Source: Frankiaceae bacterium
Lineage (GTDB): Bacteria; Actinomycetota; Actinomycetes; Mycobacteriales; SCTD01
DNA: 64,000 bases
Assembly: GCA_016650445.1 (NCBI GenBank)
Contig: JAENVS010000042.1
Location: 14,327-78,326 of the forward strand
Direction: 5' to 3'
Shown here: one piece after another, positions 1 through 9,725 of the stretch
Numbering within the stretch: position 1 is the stretch's first letter
How the letters are laid out: the number at the start of each line of letters is the position of its first letter
Translations under genes and position numbers: made by a program
Notes under the pieces: generated by a model
Databases searched by the model: none
The model's input: the letters and a program-made list of their open reading frames with translations, nothing else
What the model was told of the DNA's origin: nothing

Positions 1-14
1 TCATGCGCGCCGCC

Positions 15-389
15 TCATGGAGTGCCGACGACGGCGGGCAGGACCGCGGCGTCGAAGCAGGTGCGGTCACCGGTGTGGCACGCCCCGGTGCCGACCTGGT
101 CGACCTTGACCAGCAGCGTGTCGCCGTCGCAGTCGAGTGCCACCGACTTCACCCACTGCTGCGAGCCGGAGGTCTCGCCCTTGACCCAGTACTCCTGCCG
201 ACTGCGCGACCAGTAGGTGCAGCGGCCGGTGGTCAACGTGCGGTGCAGGGCCTCGTCGTCCATCCAGCCGACCATGAGGACCTCACCGGTGTCGTGCTGC
301 TGCGCCACAGCCACGACGAGGCCGTCGTGGTCGCGCTTGAGGCGGGCAGCGATGGCGGGGTCGAGGTGGGCCCGAGCAGTGCCAGTCAT
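15..389 (-). CDS. hisI: Phosphoribosyl-AMP cyclohydrolase
   Basis: 124-aa ORF with HisI signature stretches ([31 protein letters not shown]). Confidence 0.9.
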   Translation of the reverse strand: MTGTARAHLDPAIAARLKRDHDGLVVAVAQQHDTGEVLMVGWMDDEALHRTLTTGRCTYWSRSRQEYWVKGETSGSQQWVKSVALDCDGDTLLVKVDQVGTGACHTGDRTCFDAAVLPAVVGTP

Positions 390-407
390 GCGATCAGTCT
401 CGCAAAG

Positions 408-1574
408 TCAGCGGGGGGCGGTGACGGGTCGTCGCAGCACAAGCGGACCGGCGACGGCGAGGAGCAGCCCGAACAGCCCGAGGGAGGCGAGGGCCGTCGG
501 CAGCGACGTGGCCGCGCTGACCGCACCCACGAGCGGCGGGCCGGCCAGGAACCCGACGTAGCCCAGGCCGGAGGCGGTGGACAGGTCGGCGCCTTCTCGG
601 CCGGGAGCGCTCCGTGCCCCGATCGCCGAGAACAGCACCGGCGCCAACACCGACGTGCCCGCGCCGGCGAGGGTCAGCGCGGCCAGTCCCCACACCGGTC
701 CGGGCGCGACCGCCAGCAGGACCGCACCCACTCCGGTGGCGAGCCCGCCGGCAGCGACCACCATGTGCTCCCGGCCCGGTCGCGACGCGACGTGACCCAG
801 CAGCCGCCCCACGGCCATCGACGCCGCGAACAACCCCGGACCAAGACCGCTGACCGCCGGCGACGCGCCGAGTCCCCGCTCGAGGTGCAGCGCGCTCCAG
901 GACTGCAGCGCGTCTTCGAGCAGGAAGGCGGCCGCCACCAGGACGCCCAGCGCCAGCAGGATGCCGGCCGGGCCACGGCGGGTCCGCGGCGCCGGCGGCG
1001 CATCGGTCGTCGAGCGGTACGACGGCTGCCGCCACGCGACGACCGCCACGACCAGCGCAATGACCAGCAGCACGGGGAACGGGCCCGAGCCCTGCTGCCG
1101 AGCCAGCCCGGAACTCACGCTGCCGACGACAACGCCGGCAGAGAAAGCGGCGTGCCCGGCGGACATCAGCCGGGCGGTCTCCCATCGCTCCCAGCTGGCG
1201 GTCGCGGCGTTGACGGCGATGTCGAGCAGCCCGCTGGCGATGCCGAGCAGGACGAAGACGGGCAGCAACGTCGCCAGCCCGTGCGAGAGGCCCGGGAGCG
1301 GCGCGCAGATCGCGAACGCCAGCAGCGTTGCGGGAAGCATGCGCGTGGCGCCGATCCGGTCGACGACGCGCCCACCGACCAACGTCGCGGGCACGGCCGC
1401 CACCGCGATCACCGCCAGTGCGAGGCCGAGCCGGCCGTCGCTCACACCCGTCTGCGCCTTGACCGCAGGCAGCAGCGCGGCCCACGCACCCCAGAAGCTG
1501 CCGAAGACCCCGAAGGCCAGCAGCAGCCCGCGCTTCTCGGCGGCCCTGGCACTCACCGGCTCTGCGACATCCAC
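408..1574 (-). CDS. MFS transporter, substrate unknown
   Basis: 388-aa hydrophobic ORF with about 12 predicted TM segments. MFS loop motif GGRVVDRIG follows TM2. Its 5' end overlaps the 3' end of the upstream ABC gene. Confidence 0.75.
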   Translation of the reverse strand: MDVAEPVSARAAEKRGLLLAFGVFGSFWGAWAALLPAVKAQTGVSDGRLGLALAVIAVAAVPATLVGGRVVDRIGATRMLPATLLAFAICAPLPGLSHGLATLLPVFVLLGIASGLLDIAVNAATASWERWETARLMSAGHAAFSAGVVVGSVSSGLARQQGSGPFPVLLVIALVVAVVAWRQPSYRSTTDAPPAPRTRRGPAGILLALGVLVAAAFLLEDALQSWSALHLERGLGASPAVSGLGPGLFAASMAVGRLLGHVASRPGREHMVVAAGGLATGVGAVLLAVAPGPVWGLAALTLAGAGTSVLAPVLFSAIGARSAPGREGADLSTASGLGYVGFLAGPPLVGAVSAATSLPTALASLGLFGLLLAVAGPLVLRRPVTAPR

Positions 1575-3337
1575 GACGCATGCAGTCGCGCGTAGACGCC
1601 ATCGGTACCGACCAGGTCGGCGTGGGAGCCGCGCTGCACGACGACGCCTGCGTCGACGACGAGGACCTCGTCCGCGGCCTCGGCGGTCGACAGCCGGTGC
1701 GCGATCGCGATCGTCGTACGCCCCCGGGTGAGGGAGTCCAGGGCGCGGTTGAGCCGCACCTCGGTCGCGGGGTCGACGGCCGACGTCGCCTCGTCGAGGA
1801 CGAGCAGGTCGGGGTCGGCGATGTAGGCACGCGCCACCGCCACCAGCTGGCGCTCGCCCACCGACAGCGACTCGCCGCGTTCCCCGACCTTCGTCTGCAG
1901 GCCCTCGGGGAGCTGCTCGAGCCAGTCGGCCAGCCCGAGCTCGGCGAAGGCAAGAGTGATCTCGTCGTTGGTGCTGTCGGGGCGCCCGTAGCGGACGTTG
2001 GCGACCACGGTGCTGTCGAACAGGAACCCGTCCTGCGGCACCATCACGACGCGGGTGCGCAGCGACGAGAACCGGATGGTGTCCAGGGGCACGCCGGACA
2101 GCAGCACCCGCCCGCGCGTCGGGTCCATCAGGCGGGTGAGCAGCTTCGCGAACGTCGTCTTGCCGCTGCCTGTCTCACCCACGATCGCCACCCGGCTCTG
2201 CGGAGCGATCTCGAGGTCCACGTCGTGCAGCACCACCGGCCCGCCGGGATAGGCGAACGACACGTGCTCGAAGCGCACGCCGATCGGGCCCGACGGGAGC
2301 ACCGCACCGTCATCGCCGGGGTCAGCGACATCGGTCGGAGTGTCCAGGATGCCCAGGACGCGGCGCATCCCCGCCACAGCGTTCTGGGCCTCGTTGAGGA
2401 CCTCGGTGGCGACCTGGACCGGCTGCACGAACAGGGTGACGAGGAACAGGAACCCGACCAGCTCGCCGGTGGTGATGTGCCCGTCGACGCCGAGCAGGAC
2501 GCCGACGACGATGACCGCGCCGTTGGCGACGGCTGCGGTGAGCTCGCCGAAGGAGAACGTCGTCGCCGCGATCTTCTGCGCCTGCGTCTGTGCCTGCATC
2601 GTGCGCGCCACGGCGCCGTCGATGCGCTCGGCCGTGCGGGCCTGCACGCCGTACGCCCGGATGACCGGAGCCCCGACGACGGACTCGGCCACCGCGCCGA
2701 GCAGCTCACCGATGCGCTCCCGGACGATCTTGTACGCCGACTGCAAGGCGCGTTGGAAGACGCGGATCGCCAGCACCAGCGGGAGGAAGCAGATGTAGAC
2801 GAGCAGCGTCAGCTGCCACGACCAGGCCAGCATCACCAGAGTGGTCAGCAGCACCTGGGCGACCGAGACCAGGACGAGCAACCCGCCCCACTGCATGAAG
2901 GTGCTCATGGTGTCGACGTCGCTCGTGACACGCGAGACGAGCGAGCCGCGGCGCTCCGCCGCCTGGTGCAGCACCGACAGGTCGTGGACGCGTCGGAAAG
3001 CACGGACGCGCAGCGCGGCGAGCCCGCTCTCCGTCGTGCGGTAGAGCCGGACGTTCATCAGGTAGTTCGCGCCGGCCGTGACGAACACGGCGAGCGCGGC
3101 CAGGCCACAGGCCAGCCGGACCAGGCCGAGGTCGGGTGAGCCCGGCCGGTTGAGCCCGTGGTCGATCGTCTGCTGGACGGCCACGGGCACGACGATGCGG
3201 CCGCCCGTGGCCACGAGCGCGAGCAGCAGCGTCACCACGAGGCCTTCGCGGAACTCCGGCGTCATCCGCACGCCGTGGACGAGGGTGGCGATCGCGCCGC
3301 GCTCGACGGCTCGCCCGTCCATCGTCTGACTGCTCAT
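1553..3337 (-). CDS. ABC exporter, fused permease/ATPase subunit (half transporter)
   Basis: 594 aa. N-terminal 6-TM domain, then Walker A GETGSGKT, signature LSVGERQ and Walker B LLVLDEATS. 4-nt ATGA overlap with the upstream paralogue. Confidence 0.9.
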   Translation of the reverse strand: MSSQTMDGRAVERGAIATLVHGVRMTPEFREGLVVTLLLALVATGGRIVVPVAVQQTIDHGLNRPGSPDLGLVRLACGLAALAVFVTAGANYLMNVRLYRTTESGLAALRVRAFRRVHDLSVLHQAAERRGSLVSRVTSDVDTMSTFMQWGGLLVLVSVAQVLLTTLVMLAWSWQLTLLVYICFLPLVLAIRVFQRALQSAYKIVRERIGELLGAVAESVVGAPVIRAYGVQARTAERIDGAVARTMQAQTQAQKIAATTFSFGELTAAVANGAVIVVGVLLGVDGHITTGELVGFLFLVTLFVQPVQVATEVLNEAQNAVAGMRRVLGILDTPTDVADPGDDGAVLPSGPIGVRFEHVSFAYPGGPVVLHDVDLEIAPQSRVAIVGETGSGKTTFAKLLTRLMDPTRGRVLLSGVPLDTIRFSSLRTRVVMVPQDGFLFDSTVVANVRYGRPDSTNDEITLAFAELGLADWLEQLPEGLQTKVGERGESLSVGERQLVAVARAYIADPDLLVLDEATSAVDPATEVRLNRALDSLTRGRTTIAIAHRLSTAEAADEVLVVDAGVVVQRGSHADLVGTDGVYARLHASWMSQSR

Positions 3338-5145
3338 GCCACGACGTCCTCGACGTCGTCCTCGACCTGGACGGCCGCACGTTCGGCCTCGGCCCGCTCG
3401 TATGCCGTCACGAGGTCGCGGTAGCCGTCGGAGGTCTGCAGCAGCTCGGCGTGCGTCCCGCGCGCGGTGACGCGACCGTCGTCGAGGAAGACGACCTCGT
3501 CGGCGAGGGCGATCGTCGCGCGCCGGTAGGCGACGACGACGACCGTGCTCGCCATGTCGCTGTCGCGAAGGCCGGCCAGGATGCGTTGCTCGACACTCGG
3601 GTCGACGCTGCTCGTGGCGTCGTCGAGGACGAGCAGGCGCGGGCGGCGTACGACGGCACGGGCCAGAGCGAGTCGCTGCCGCTGGCCGCCGGACAGCGTC
3701 GTACCTCTCTCCCCCACGACGGTGTCGAGCCCGTCGGGCAGGGCCGTGACGAACCGCTCGGCCTGGGCGATCCGCAGCGCGGCCCAGACGTCGTCGTCCG
3801 CGAATTCGGCGCCGAGCGTGACGTTGCCCCGCACTGTGTCGTCGAACAGGAAGGTCTGCTGCGGCACCAGCGACGCGACCTCGGCAAGGGCGCCCGGAGC
3901 GAGCTCGCGCACATCGAGGTCGTCGTAGTGCACGGCGCCTGTGCTCGGGTCGATGAGGCGCACGAGCAGCGATGCCAGCGTCGACTTGCCGGATCCGGTG
4001 GGCCCGACGAGCGCGACGGTGCGGCCCGGCGTCACGTCGAAGGCGACCTCGTGCAGGACGCGCGCCTCGCCGTACGTGAAGCAGACGGCCTCGACGCTCA
4101 GGCCGGTGGGACCACCGTCGGTGATCCTGCTGTCCCCGAAGGTGTGCGCACCCGTCGCGGTCAGCACGCGCTGCACGCGATCCCAGCCGACGACGCTGCG
4201 GGGCAGCTCGTTCAGCACCCAGCCGAGTGCCCGCACCGGGAACGCGAGCAGCGTGAACAGGTAGGCGACGCGCACGAGCTGGCCGCTGTCGATGTCACCG
4301 CTGCCGACGCGGGAGGTGCCGACGAGGAGCACGACGAGGACGCCGAGGACAGGCAGCGCCTCCATCAGCGGGTCGAACAGGCCGCGCACCCGTCCGACCG
4401 CCACCATCGTGTCGCGCAGCTCGAGGCTCTTGGCGCGGAAGCGGGCGGTCTCGTCACCCTCGCGGCCGAGGGTCTTGACGACGAGAGCGCCGTCGAACGA
4501 CTCGTGCGCGATCGCGCTGACCTCGCCGCGCAGCTCCTGCGCCTCCGTCATCAGCGGCGACATGCGCCGGGAGTAGTAGACGGTCAGCACCGCGATGGCC
4601 GGGAAGACGATGGAGCCGACGAACGCAAGCACCGGGTCGGTGACGAACAGCAGGCCCAGCGTCACCACCAGCATGAACAGCACGCCGACGGCGAACGGGA
4701 ACGGCGCGATCGGGTACCACGTCGCCTCGACGTCGCTGTTGGCGTTGGACAGCAGCTCGCCCGTGGGGTGCTCCTGGTGCCACGCCAGGGGCAGCTCGAG
4801 GTAGCGGCGGGTCACCCGGCGGCGGTAGGTCGCCTGCAGGCGGTACTGCATCACGCCCGCGCCGAGCCGCCGGGCGATGATGCCGACCACCTTGAGGATC
4901 GCGACGATCAGCACCGCGCAGAACGCCGCGACGAGGTAACCGGTCCGGGCGTGCCCGTCGCGGATGCTCGGGACGATCACCCGCTCAGTGATGCGCCCGA
5001 AGACGTACGCCTGGGCGATGGTCATCAGCCCGAACAGGGCGCTGCCCACCGCCGACACGGCGAAGACCTTCGGCTGCTCCTTGACGGCGATCCAGAGGAT
5101 GCCCATCCCGCGGCGGATGACGCCGGCGGTCACGGGCGCGGTCAC
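3334..5145 (-). CDS. ABC exporter, fused permease/ATPase subunit (partner half transporter)
   Basis: 603 aa. TM domain, then Walker A GPTGSGKST, signature LSGGQRQR and Walker B LLVLDDATS. GTG start at 5145. Confidence 0.9.
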   Translation of the reverse strand: MTAPVTAGVIRRGMGILWIAVKEQPKVFAVSAVGSALFGLMTIAQAYVFGRITERVIVPSIRDGHARTGYLVAAFCAVLIVAILKVVGIIARRLGAGVMQYRLQATYRRRVTRRYLELPLAWHQEHPTGELLSNANSDVEATWYPIAPFPFAVGVLFMLVVTLGLLFVTDPVLAFVGSIVFPAIAVLTVYYSRRMSPLMTEAQELRGEVSAIAHESFDGALVVKTLGREGDETARFRAKSLELRDTMVAVGRVRGLFDPLMEALPVLGVLVVLLVGTSRVGSGDIDSGQLVRVAYLFTLLAFPVRALGWVLNELPRSVVGWDRVQRVLTATGAHTFGDSRITDGGPTGLSVEAVCFTYGEARVLHEVAFDVTPGRTVALVGPTGSGKSTLASLLVRLIDPSTGAVHYDDLDVRELAPGALAEVASLVPQQTFLFDDTVRGNVTLGAEFADDDVWAALRIAQAERFVTALPDGLDTVVGERGTTLSGGQRQRLALARAVVRRPRLLVLDDATSSVDPSVEQRILAGLRDSDMASTVVVVAYRRATIALADEVVFLDDGRVTARGTHAELLQTSDGYRDLVTAYERAEAERAAVQVEDDVEDVVA

Positions 5146-5229
5146 GGTGCTCCAGGTCTCAGGGGTGTGTCAGCAGTCTCCCAGGGACGACACCTGGGTG
5201 TCGCCGGGAATTCCTCAGCGGACCAGGAC

Positions 5230-5991
5230 TCAGCGGACGAGGTGCCCGCTGACGCGCAGCGCGTCCTTCACCTGGCGGATCGTGAGGGCGCCGAAGTGGA
5301 AGACGCTGGCCGCAAGCACCGCGTCGGCCCCCGCGTCGACGGCGGGAGCAAAGTCCTCGAGGCGGCCGGCTCCGCCGCTCGCGATGACCGGCAGGCGCAC
5401 CTCCCGGCGTACCGCTGTGAGCATCTCCACGTCGTACCCGGCCCTCGTGCCGTCCGCGTCCATCGAGTTGAGCAGGATCTCGCCGACCCCGAGCTCCTCG
5501 CCCTGGGCCGCCCATGCGACGGCGTCGATGCCCGTGCCGGTGCGGCCGCCGTGTGTCGTGACCTCGAAGCCGGAGGGCGTGGTGTCGCCGCGGCGGGCGT
5601 CGACGGAGAGGACGATGCACTGACTGCCGAAGCGGTGCGCGCACTCCCGCAGCAGCTCGGGGCGCTCCACGGCGGCCGTGTTGATGCCGACCTTGTCGGC
5701 TCCGGCGCGCAGCAACCGGTCGACGTCGTCGGGCTGGCGGACGCCGCCCCCCACCGTGAGCGGGATGAAGACCTGCTCAGCAGTACGCCGGACGACGTCG
5801 TACATCGTCTCGCGGTTGCCGCTCGACGCGGTGATGTCGAGGAAGACCAGCTCGTCCGCGCCCTCCGCGTCGTACACGCGGGCCATCTCAACCGGGTCGC
5901 CCGCGTCGACGAGGTCGGTGAAGTTCACGCCCTTCACCACCCGGCCCGCGTCCACGTCGAGGCACGGGATCACGCGGACGGCGACAGGCAC
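5230..5991 (-). CDS. hisF: Imidazole glycerol phosphate synthase cyclase subunit
   Basis: 253 aa. Starts [22 protein letters not shown] and continues with typical HisF (beta/alpha)8 motifs (GADKV, ASGGAG). Confidence 0.92.
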   Translation of the reverse strand: MPVAVRVIPCLDVDAGRVVKGVNFTDLVDAGDPVEMARVYDAEGADELVFLDITASSGNRETMYDVVRRTAEQVFIPLTVGGGVRQPDDVDRLLRAGADKVGINTAAVERPELLRECAHRFGSQCIVLSVDARRGDTTPSGFEVTTHGGRTGTGIDAVAWAAQGEELGVGEILLNSMDADGTRAGYDVEMLTAVRREVRLPVIASGGAGRLEDFAPAVDAGADAVLAASVFHFGALTIRQVKDALRVSGHLVR

Positions 5992-6020
5992 CTGCTCGAC
6001 GCTACCGGCGGCGACGTCGA

Positions 6021-8480
6021 TCAGCGGCAGTGCCGCCGGCGCCGCGCCTGCAGGACCAGACCGAGCCCGATCATCGTCAGCGCGGCCAGGGATGCCAGGC
6101 GCAGTGGCAGGAACGAGCCCGTGAACGGCAGGACAGCACCGCCGCCACCCCCTCCGTTCGGCGCCGGGGTCGGTGAGGCCACCGCAGGCTGCGGCTCCGG
6201 TGAGGACACGATGACGCCGGGCACGGTCGTGGTGACCGTGTTCGACGGCGTGGCCGGTGTCTGCGCCGAGCCTGCGGTCCCGGCGTTGCTGATCGTGCCG
6301 GGAGGCCAGCTTCCGTCGGCCGCCGTCGGAGGCTGGTCGATGGTCACCGCAAACAGCAACCCACCCAGCGTCTCGCCGGCCTTGAGCGATCCGATGGTCC
6401 AGGTGACGGTCCGCGTCGCCGCGGCGTACGACGCCAGTGCCGCGGGGCCGGCCGAGCCGGCCACGTAGGTCGTCCCCGTGGGGACGACGTCGGTCACGAC
6501 GAGGTTCGTCTGGTCCAGCGTCCCGGTCGCGGTGACGGTGAGCGTGTATGTCAGCGTGCTGCCCACCGATGCCTGCGCGGCGCTGACGGCCTTGACCAGA
6601 GTGAGCCCACCACTGGCGATCGGGTGGCGCGTCTCGCCGGACGGCGTCGTGCCGACGCGGGCGAGGTTCACGATCACGGTGCCCGCGGGCTGACCGCTGG
6701 CGACCGTGACGGTCCAGTGGAAGACGCGCGCGTCGCCCGGCTGCACGGTCCCGGTGTGCCAGGACGCGGTCGTCGTGGCGACGACGTACGTGCCGCCGTC
6801 GGCAATCGATGTGAAGATCGCGCCTGCCGGCAGCACGTCGGTGACCAGCTCGTCACCGAGCTCCACGTTGCCCGTGTTGCGGTACGTGACGGTGTAGATG
6901 ATGGTGCTACCCGGCTGAACGACGGTGCCGCTGACCGGCTCTGCCGTCTTCGTCAGGTCGAACGACGGGTTCTGCACCGGTGTCGGCGGTCGCACTGCCG
7001 GCACCGTCACGGTGTCCGTGGGCGAGGTGACGTTGCCAGAGTGGGCCGACGCGATGTTGACGACGCTGCCGGCGTTGAAGTCAGCCTGCGTGACGGTGTA
7101 CGTCGCGGTGCACGTCACCGTGCCCAGCGGCGCGAGGCCCGCGGCGGGCAGAGCGGGACAGGTCACCGTCGTCTTGCTGTCAGACACGGTGATCGCGGCG
7201 TGGAGCGTCGTGTTGCCGGTGTTGGTCACGAGGTAGCTGTAGTGAAGAACGGTGCCCACGACGGAGTACGACGTCTCGGCCGCGCTCTTGTCGATGCTCA
7301 GCGCCGGCGACTGCACGATCGGGATGTCGAGGGTGTCGGTGTCAGGGGGTGACTGCACGGAGTCGGCGGTGACGGTGTTGGACAGGTTCCCGCCGGTGTC
7401 GATCTCGGCCTGGGTGACCGTGCGGCTGCAGGTGTAGGTCCACGTCTCGGTCGTCTGCAGCTGGTTGTCGCCGTTGGTGTCACCACCGGTCCGCGACGGA
7501 GCGGCGTTGCAACTCGGGTCGGTCACCGTGATGCCGGTCAGGGTGACGTTTCCGGTGTTGGTCACCGCGAACGAGTACGGCACGACCTGGCCGGCGGCGG
7601 TGATCGTCGTCGTCGACGACGTCTTCACCACGGAGATGGTGGCGTTCGTGAAGGACCCGACCTTGCTCAACGGCACCGTCTGGTTGCCCGTGTTGATGCT
7701 TGCGGACAACGCTCCGGCGGTCGCGGCAGAGACCAGGTTGGTGTGGACGTTGCCGCTGGCTCCGCCGGCCGGCAAGACGCTCTTGAGGACGACCCACAGC
7801 TCGACGACGACGGTGTCGCCGTCGTCGAGTCCGCTCACGGTGACGTTGCCGAGGATCTCTTCCGTCGCCCCGCCGCCAGGGTTGGCGAGTGTCGAGGCGT
7901 AACTGTCCACCTTCGCGTCGTTTCCGGGGTCAACGGTGCCGCCGTCAGCCGTGTCGACGAAGGCGCAATACAGCATGTACGCCGGATCGAAGCCGAAGTC
8001 GTCGCCCGACGTGCTGTGGGTGTTGAACCCCGCGGTGAAGGTGATCGTCCCGTTCTCCGGCGCGGTGCTGCCCGAGACCCCGATCTCCATCTCGAACGGC
8101 ACGACCTGACCCAGCACGAGGTCGCGGGGCTGCAGCGAGGTCAGCGCGTCGAGCGCGGTCGGTCCGGGCCCGTACGCAACGGCGTTGCTCAGCGGATCGG
8201 ACGCTCGGCCGGTGCCGCCGCTCGGCGCTGTGCACGGCAGCTGGCTCGGGAGCTTCTTGTCGTAGGTCGGCGAGAACGGGGCGTGGTTCGCCTCGGGGTC
8301 GGCGCCGTACCACTTGAGGTTGTAAGAGCCGGCAGAGGCGTACGACGCCGGAGTCGGCACCAGAACCGCGCCGACCCCTGCGACCAGGGTCAGGGCGGCG
8401 ACCGCCGCAAGCCCGCGCCGAAGCCGGTGCGTGCCGCTGGTCGTCTGTCCACCTTGCCTGTTGCCGCCTGCGCCGATCAT
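6021..8480 (-). CDS. Cell-wall-anchored surface protein with DUF11-type repeats and LPXTG sorting signal
   Basis: 819 aa. N-terminal signal peptide ([21 protein letters not shown]). Four repeats carry the DUF11-like signature ([18 protein letters not shown]; [13 protein letters not shown]; [19 protein letters not shown]; [16 protein letters not shown]). C-terminus is LPFTG, then a hydrophobic stretch, then RRRRH. GGAGG lies 9 nt upstream of the ATG. Confidence 0.8.
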   Translation of the reverse strand: MIGAGGNRQGGQTTSGTHRLRRGLAAVAALTLVAGVGAVLVPTPASYASAGSYNLKWYGADPEANHAPFSPTYDKKLPSQLPCTAPSGGTGRASDPLSNAVAYGPGPTALDALTSLQPRDLVLGQVVPFEMEIGVSGSTAPENGTITFTAGFNTHSTSGDDFGFDPAYMLYCAFVDTADGGTVDPGNDAKVDSYASTLANPGGGATEEILGNVTVSGLDDGDTVVVELWVVLKSVLPAGGASGNVHTNLVSAATAGALSASINTGNQTVPLSKVGSFTNATISVVKTSSTTTITAAGQVVPYSFAVTNTGNVTLTGITVTDPSCNAAPSRTGGDTNGDNQLQTTETWTYTCSRTVTQAEIDTGGNLSNTVTADSVQSPPDTDTLDIPIVQSPALSIDKSAAETSYSVVGTVLHYSYLVTNTGNTTLHAAITVSDSKTTVTCPALPAAGLAPLGTVTCTATYTVTQADFNAGSVVNIASAHSGNVTSPTDTVTVPAVRPPTPVQNPSFDLTKTAEPVSGTVVQPGSTIIYTVTYRNTGNVELGDELVTDVLPAGAIFTSIADGGTYVVATTTASWHTGTVQPGDARVFHWTVTVASGQPAGTVIVNLARVGTTPSGETRHPIASGGLTLVKAVSAAQASVGSTLTYTLTVTATGTLDQTNLVVTDVVPTGTTYVAGSAGPAALASYAAATRTVTWTIGSLKAGETLGGLLFAVTIDQPPTAADGSWPPGTISNAGTAGSAQTPATPSNTVTTTVPGVIVSSPEPQPAVASPTPAPNGGGGGGAVLPFTGSFLPLRLASLAALTMIGLGLVLQARRRRHCR

Positions 8481-8620
8481 GGCCGTCGCCTCCGACTTCG
8501 TCAGTGCCCGAACACACGGACATCTGCGTTCATCGTCATCGCCGCCGGTCCCTCGCGCACCTGCCGGTCGTCACGTCATTCGGTGACCTAGGACCTGTTC
8601 TGCGGGGCGCCAGGTCAACA

Positions 8621-8797
8621 ATGCGTTCCCGGCCGTGGCCGGGCGCGAGAACCAGCGATCGTCGGTTCGCGCAGGTGCGCCGCGCCTACGCGGACCACGA
8701 CAGCGGCGCCGACAGCGACTATGCCGAGCTGACCCAGTCGTGGGACCGCCTGACAGTCGAAGACCTCGATACGGCCGAGGACATCGACGTTGCCTGA
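8621..8797 (+). CDS. Putative antitoxin partner of MazF (unclassified, acidic C-terminus)
   Basis: 58-codon ORF from an internal ATG of the listed 8504-8797 ORF. Its stop overlaps the mazF TTG start by 8 nt. Acidic tail reads DYAELTQSWDRLTVEDLDTAEDIDVA. About 84% G/C at third codon positions. No RHH or AbrB DNA-binding motif is recognisable. Confidence 0.4.
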   Translation: MRSRPWPGARTSDRRFAQVRRAYADHDSGADSDYAELTQSWDRLTVEDLDTAEDIDVA

Positions 8798-9134
8798 GGC
8801 ACTGCACCGCGGCGCTGTCGTCTGGGTGAACCTCGACCCGTCCCGCGGCCGCGAGCAAGCCGGCACCCGGCCAGCGGTCGTGATCGCCAGCGACGGTTAC
8901 CTCGCTAGTGTCCCCGAACTGGTCATCGTCATCCCGGTAACCACCCGCGATCGGAACTGGCCCCACCACGTACGGCTCAGCGGCGAGCAGCTCGCGCTCG
9001 ACCGTTCGAGCTTTGCCATGACCGAGCAACCACGCACGATCGCTCGCGCACGGATCACCGGCCCCGCGGGAATGGTTGGCCCCGACCCCATGGCCGAGAT
9101 CGACCAGTGGCTGAGGGACTTCACCGACCTGTGA
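8790..9134 (+). CDS. mazF: MazF/PemK-family endoribonuclease toxin
   Basis: 114 aa. RGAVVWVNLDPSRGREQAGTRPAVVIASD and VIVIPVTT match the MazF/PemK core. TTG start. Confidence 0.85.
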   Translation: MPEALHRGAVVWVNLDPSRGREQAGTRPAVVIASDGYLASVPELVIVIPVTTRDRNWPHHVRLSGEQLALDRSSFAMTEQPRTIARARITGPAGMVGPDPMAEIDQWLRDFTDL

Positions 9135-9154
9135 CCGCTACGAGGTCAGGCAGG

Positions 9155-9562
9155 TCAGGCAGAGGTGTAGCTGAGCTTCCAGGTCGCCCCGGCGCAGCTG
9201 CCGGCCGGATCGTGGAGCTTCACCGGGACGCTGGCCGTGGACTGGCCGTGGGCCGGCACGACGAGACGGCCGGACCAGCTGCCGATCGACAGCGCACTCG
9301 GGGCGCAACCGGGCGAAGCCCCGGTCACGCGAGCGGTGAGCGACCGCACGACGACAGCGGCGGCGGCATCGTTGCGCAAGGTCAGGGACAGCGCGGCCGC
9401 CACGTCAGGGCGGAGCCCCTGGATGCTGCCGCTGATGGACACGTGGGCCGGCTCCTCCATGGCGACGCGCACGAGCGAGACGGGGCTCCCGGGCGAGAAG
9501 AAGGGCACCGCGAGCACAGCGGCGGCGGCGAGCCACGTGAAGCCCCGACCCGCGAAGGCCAT
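9155..9562 (-). CDS. Small secreted protein, unknown function (beta-sandwich-like, two Cys)
   Basis: Trimmed from the 204-aa ORF to the ATG at 9562. That gives a signal peptide (MAFAGRGFTWLAAAAVLAVPFF) and 135 aa. The upstream part of the long ORF overlaps a structured leader. Confidence 0.55.
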   Translation of the reverse strand: MAFAGRGFTWLAAAAVLAVPFFSPGSPVSLVRVAMEEPAHVSISGSIQGLRPDVAAALSLTLRNDAAAAVVVRSLTARVTGASPGCAPSALSIGSWSGRLVVPAHGQSTASVPVKLHDPAGSCAGATWKLSYTSA

Positions 9563-9644
9563 GGGGCTCGCCCCGCGAGGTGCGTCGGACGAACGCACGA
9601 AAGCGACTGCGGCGGTCACGGCGGTCTGCCTTCCGGTCAGGACC

Positions 9645-9725
9645 GCCCGGTTTCGGCAACCCGGCTGGGTACGTGACCCCCGTGGCTTTGCGCCCCCGCC
9701 TCGCGACGGGTTTGCGGTATCGACC
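9645..9725 (-). promoter_or_regulatory. Candidate c-di-GMP-I (GEMM-I) riboswitch aptamer in the leader of the 9155-9562 gene
   Basis: Minus-strand RNA reads ACCGCAAACC-CGUC-GCGA-GGCG-GGGGCGCAAAGCCACGGGGGUCACGUACCCAGCCGGGUUGCCGAAACC. This contains GCAAAnC plus a GNRA-capped hairpin, the CGCAAAGC junction, and a 3' AGCCGGGUUnCCGA block, in the canonical order. Confidence 0.55.

Noticed and set aside
3-1595. 530-aa plus-strand ORF at the window start, and the 519-aa minus ORF at 394-1953
   Set aside because: The plus-strand ORF is antisense to hisI and the MFS gene, and the minus-strand ORF is an alternative frame of the MFS and ABC genes. Both are extremely Arg-rich. The MFS and HisI frames carry real motifs.
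3451-6468. 1005-aa plus-strand ORF spanning the ABC transporter, hisF and the end of the LPXTG gene
   Set aside because: It is antisense to three well-supported genes. Its Arg/Gly/Asp-rich low-complexity translation is typical of shadow frames in GC-rich DNA. It has no motifs.
8504-8620. Longer 97-aa version of the mazF-linked antitoxin
   Set aside because: The extra N-terminus (MPEHTDICVHRHRRRSLAHL...) has no DNA-binding motif. It would start inside the LPXTG gene's promoter/RBS region. It is kept only as an alternative to test.
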